From NCBI GenBank assembly GCA_030390025.1, contig CM059448.1, positions 7,068,001 to 7,132,000 on the forward strand: 64,000 bases of DNA, read 5' to 3'. The notes below the pieces were generated by a model. The model did no database searches and was not told where the DNA came from. It saw only the letters and a list, made by a program, of their open reading frames with translations. Position 1 is the stretch's first letter; the number at the start of each line of letters is the position of its first letter. Made by a program: the position numbers and the translations under genes. Of the stretch, positions 61,636 through 64,000 are shown piece after piece. Source of the stretch: Squalus acanthias (lineage: Eukaryota).

Positions 61636-62706
61636 CAGCGAGAACCTTGGCTGGCTACTAACCCCACCCCTTAACTAAGGGGCAGTGCACCAATTGTAAG
61701 TCCCCCAATTGCTGCCCAGCCAAAAAATCAGCTAACTCAGCACAGACCAGTCAGTGATCAAGCTCAGAGGCCTTCCTGCCCCGTACGGCTCAGAGACGGA
61801 GAACCTCACGTCTACATCACTGGGGAAGCTCCAAGTCGGTCAAAGTTGATCCATAATATCTACTCTACAAGAGTCTAATTCAATAAGTGCCGTGTGTACA
61901 CTCCCTGCTAGCTCCTCGTTAATCCGAACTGGGCTATGAGCAAACACTAGGTGCGGACCGACACCCAGGGCGGTTGCTAAAACCAAACTGCGTTAATTCG
62001 CACCTTATCGATTCAAATTAAACTTACGTTTCTCTGGGGAGTGGGGGGGAAATCGGAGGCTATAGATTTCCTACAGATTTGGTTCAATACTAGATGTACT
62101 GAAGGCGCGTGCACATAAAATCACATTTACTGTACTGAATGTCTGACAAAATCCCTCCCCCCCCCCGGCAAACCCTGCTATTGGCAGGTGACAGTCGCTA
62201 CATCAGAACTCCCCAAGTTGGCAGGCGTTAATAGGGATCCAGTCTTCAAAAGGAGTCACTATTCAGAGCTATTGACTAACTGCTGCAAGTTTACGCAAGG
62301 CCTGCGCTCCAACATCGAAGGATAAGGACCCCCTTTTGAAGGAGATCCCCGCACAGACCAGCTCCAACTCAACCAGTAACTGTATGCTCTCAACACTTCA
62401 GGGCGTATTTGGATTTATACTCCAATCGCCACTATTTCTCCTGTGTTTTTTTTCCAACAGGAGCTATTTTCAAAGTTTGATTAAAGTGGTTACATTATAT
62501 ATTTCTCCTCCACCTCCAGCGTTCCCAAAAGACGCCGACTCTTCGCGGTTACGGTTCGCTCTGGATCCTCGCCCGAGTTGCCAGCTTTTCACATGCAAGT
62601 CCGGATGGCGAGAGGTGGCAGGCCATTCCCACTGTGGAGGGCACGAGATCCTGCCCTTAGCCAATGCCTGCACGAAAGGCTCTTTCTAACATGGGTGGGG
62701 GTGTTC

Positions 62707-63055
62707 TTTTTTATTCGTTCCTGGGATGTGGGCGTCGCTGGCAAGGCCAGCTTTCATTGCCTATCCCTAATTGCCCTCGAGAAGGTGGTGGTGGTGAGCC
62801 GCCTTCTTGAACCGCTGCAGTCCGTGTGGTGAAGGTACTCCCACAGTGCTGTTAGAGAGTTCCAGGATTTTGACGATGAAGGATCGGCGATATATTTCCA
62901 AGTCAGGATGGTGTGTGACTTGGAGGGGAACTTGGAGGTGGTGGTGTTCCAACGCACCTGCTGCCCTTGTCTTTCTAGGTGGTAGAGGCCGTGGGTTTGG
63001 GAGGTGCTGCTGATGAAGCCTTGGCGAGTTGCTGCAGTGCATCTTGTAGACTGTG
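62707..63055 (-). mobile_element. Non-LTR retrotransposon 3' end (CR1/L2 superclade)
   Basis: ORFs 62754 and 62767: YKMHCSNSPRL..SKSWNSL..GLQRFKKAAHHH. Confidence 0.8.
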
Positions 63056-63167
63056 GGCTCTGTGCCTTCACCTTTATATCTCAATTTTTTTTAAAATCTC
63101 AAAAAAGGAGTCAAGAGTTGCCGGAGCTCCACCTCAACATTGTGTATCGATCTATAAGGCTTATAGT

Positions 63168-63340
63168 TTTTTTTTTAATTCGTTCATGGGATGTGGGTGT
63201 CGCTGGAAAGGCCAGCTTTCATTGCCTATCCCTAATTGCCCTCGAGAAGGTGGTGGTGGTGAGCCGCCTTCTTGAACCGCTGCAGTCTGTGTGGTGAAGG
63301 TGCTCCCACAGTGCTGTTAGGGAGGGAGTGCCAGGATTTC
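63168..63340 (-). mobile_element. Shorter copy of the same LINE 3' end
   Basis: Near-identical to 62707-62870. Confidence 0.8.
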
Positions 63341-63651
63341 AGGGTGTCTTGAAAACAATCAGGAGCAGCAATCCTGGGTGATTCTTTTTCTCTCTCTCCC
63401 ACCCCCACCAGCGGAGGACGATGAGGTGAATTGCAGTGCGGCTGCTGCTGCCTCGGAGATCAGTTAACTCGAGCAGAATTAAATCTGGAACCTGCTTGGT
63501 CTGCAAGACCCAGGAACATACCAGACAGCGAGTGTACCGACTAACCGAACCACTGGAGCTGTGCATGCATAGGTTTTTCTTTATATAAAATCACACCTAG
63601 AGGGTGATGCAATATTCTAAAATCCCTGGCACAGACTGGCAAACACCAAGG

Positions 63652-64000
63652 CAAAGTAGAGGAATTTTACTGCAATTATATAGGGTCCTGGTGAGACCAC
63701 ACCTGGAGTATTGTGTACAGTTTTGGTCTCCTTACCTAAGGAAGGATATACTTGCCATAGAGGGAGTGCAACGAAGGTTCACCAGACTGGTTCCTGGGAT
63801 GGGGGGATTGTCCTATGAGGAGAGATTGAGTAGACTAGGCCTATATTCACTAGAGTTTAGAAGAATGAGAGGTGATCTCTCATTCTTACAGGGCTGGACA
63901 GGGTAGCTGCAGGGAGGGTGTTTCCCCTGGCTGGGGAGTCTAGAACACGGGGTCACAGTCTCAGAATAAGGGGTCGGCCATTTAGGACTGAGATGAGGAG
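63652..64000 (+). mobile_element. CR1 fragment running off the window end
   Basis: ORF 63604 LLQLYRVLVRPHLEYCVQFWSPYLRKDILAIE. Confidence 0.93.

Noticed and set aside
62500-62620. Acceptor at 62519 with open frames
   Set aside because: No convincing donor and no recognisable peptide

Overview
Eukaryotic, repeat-rich, apparently non-coding DNA; the repeat families point to a cartilaginous fish (shark), and this is most likely a large intron or intergenic region. I could not identify any host protein-coding gene. The recognisable ORFs are retrotransposon ORF2 fragments, and the longest ORFs are mostly minisatellite or gap artefacts. Content: about 30 5'-truncated CR1-clade LINE fragments, six L2 copies (one ~2.2 kb with RT domain), two RTE 3' ends, about 20 tRNA-derived Deu-domain SINEs (SacSINE1-like), two other SINE families, hAT-like and foldback MITEs, several minisatellites and a 284-N gap. 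The most interesting items are two palindromic Penelope-like terminal-repeat insertions carrying minimal hammerhead ribozyme motifs, a locally duplicated SINE plus unique flank, repeated L2 insertion at AAC motifs inside its partner SINE, and TE-free islands with dense TF motifs that look like enhancers or alternative promoters. I found no convincing wholly new biological system. Repeat boundaries were read by eye (roughly +/-10-20 bp) and family names come from recalled similarity, not from a database search.
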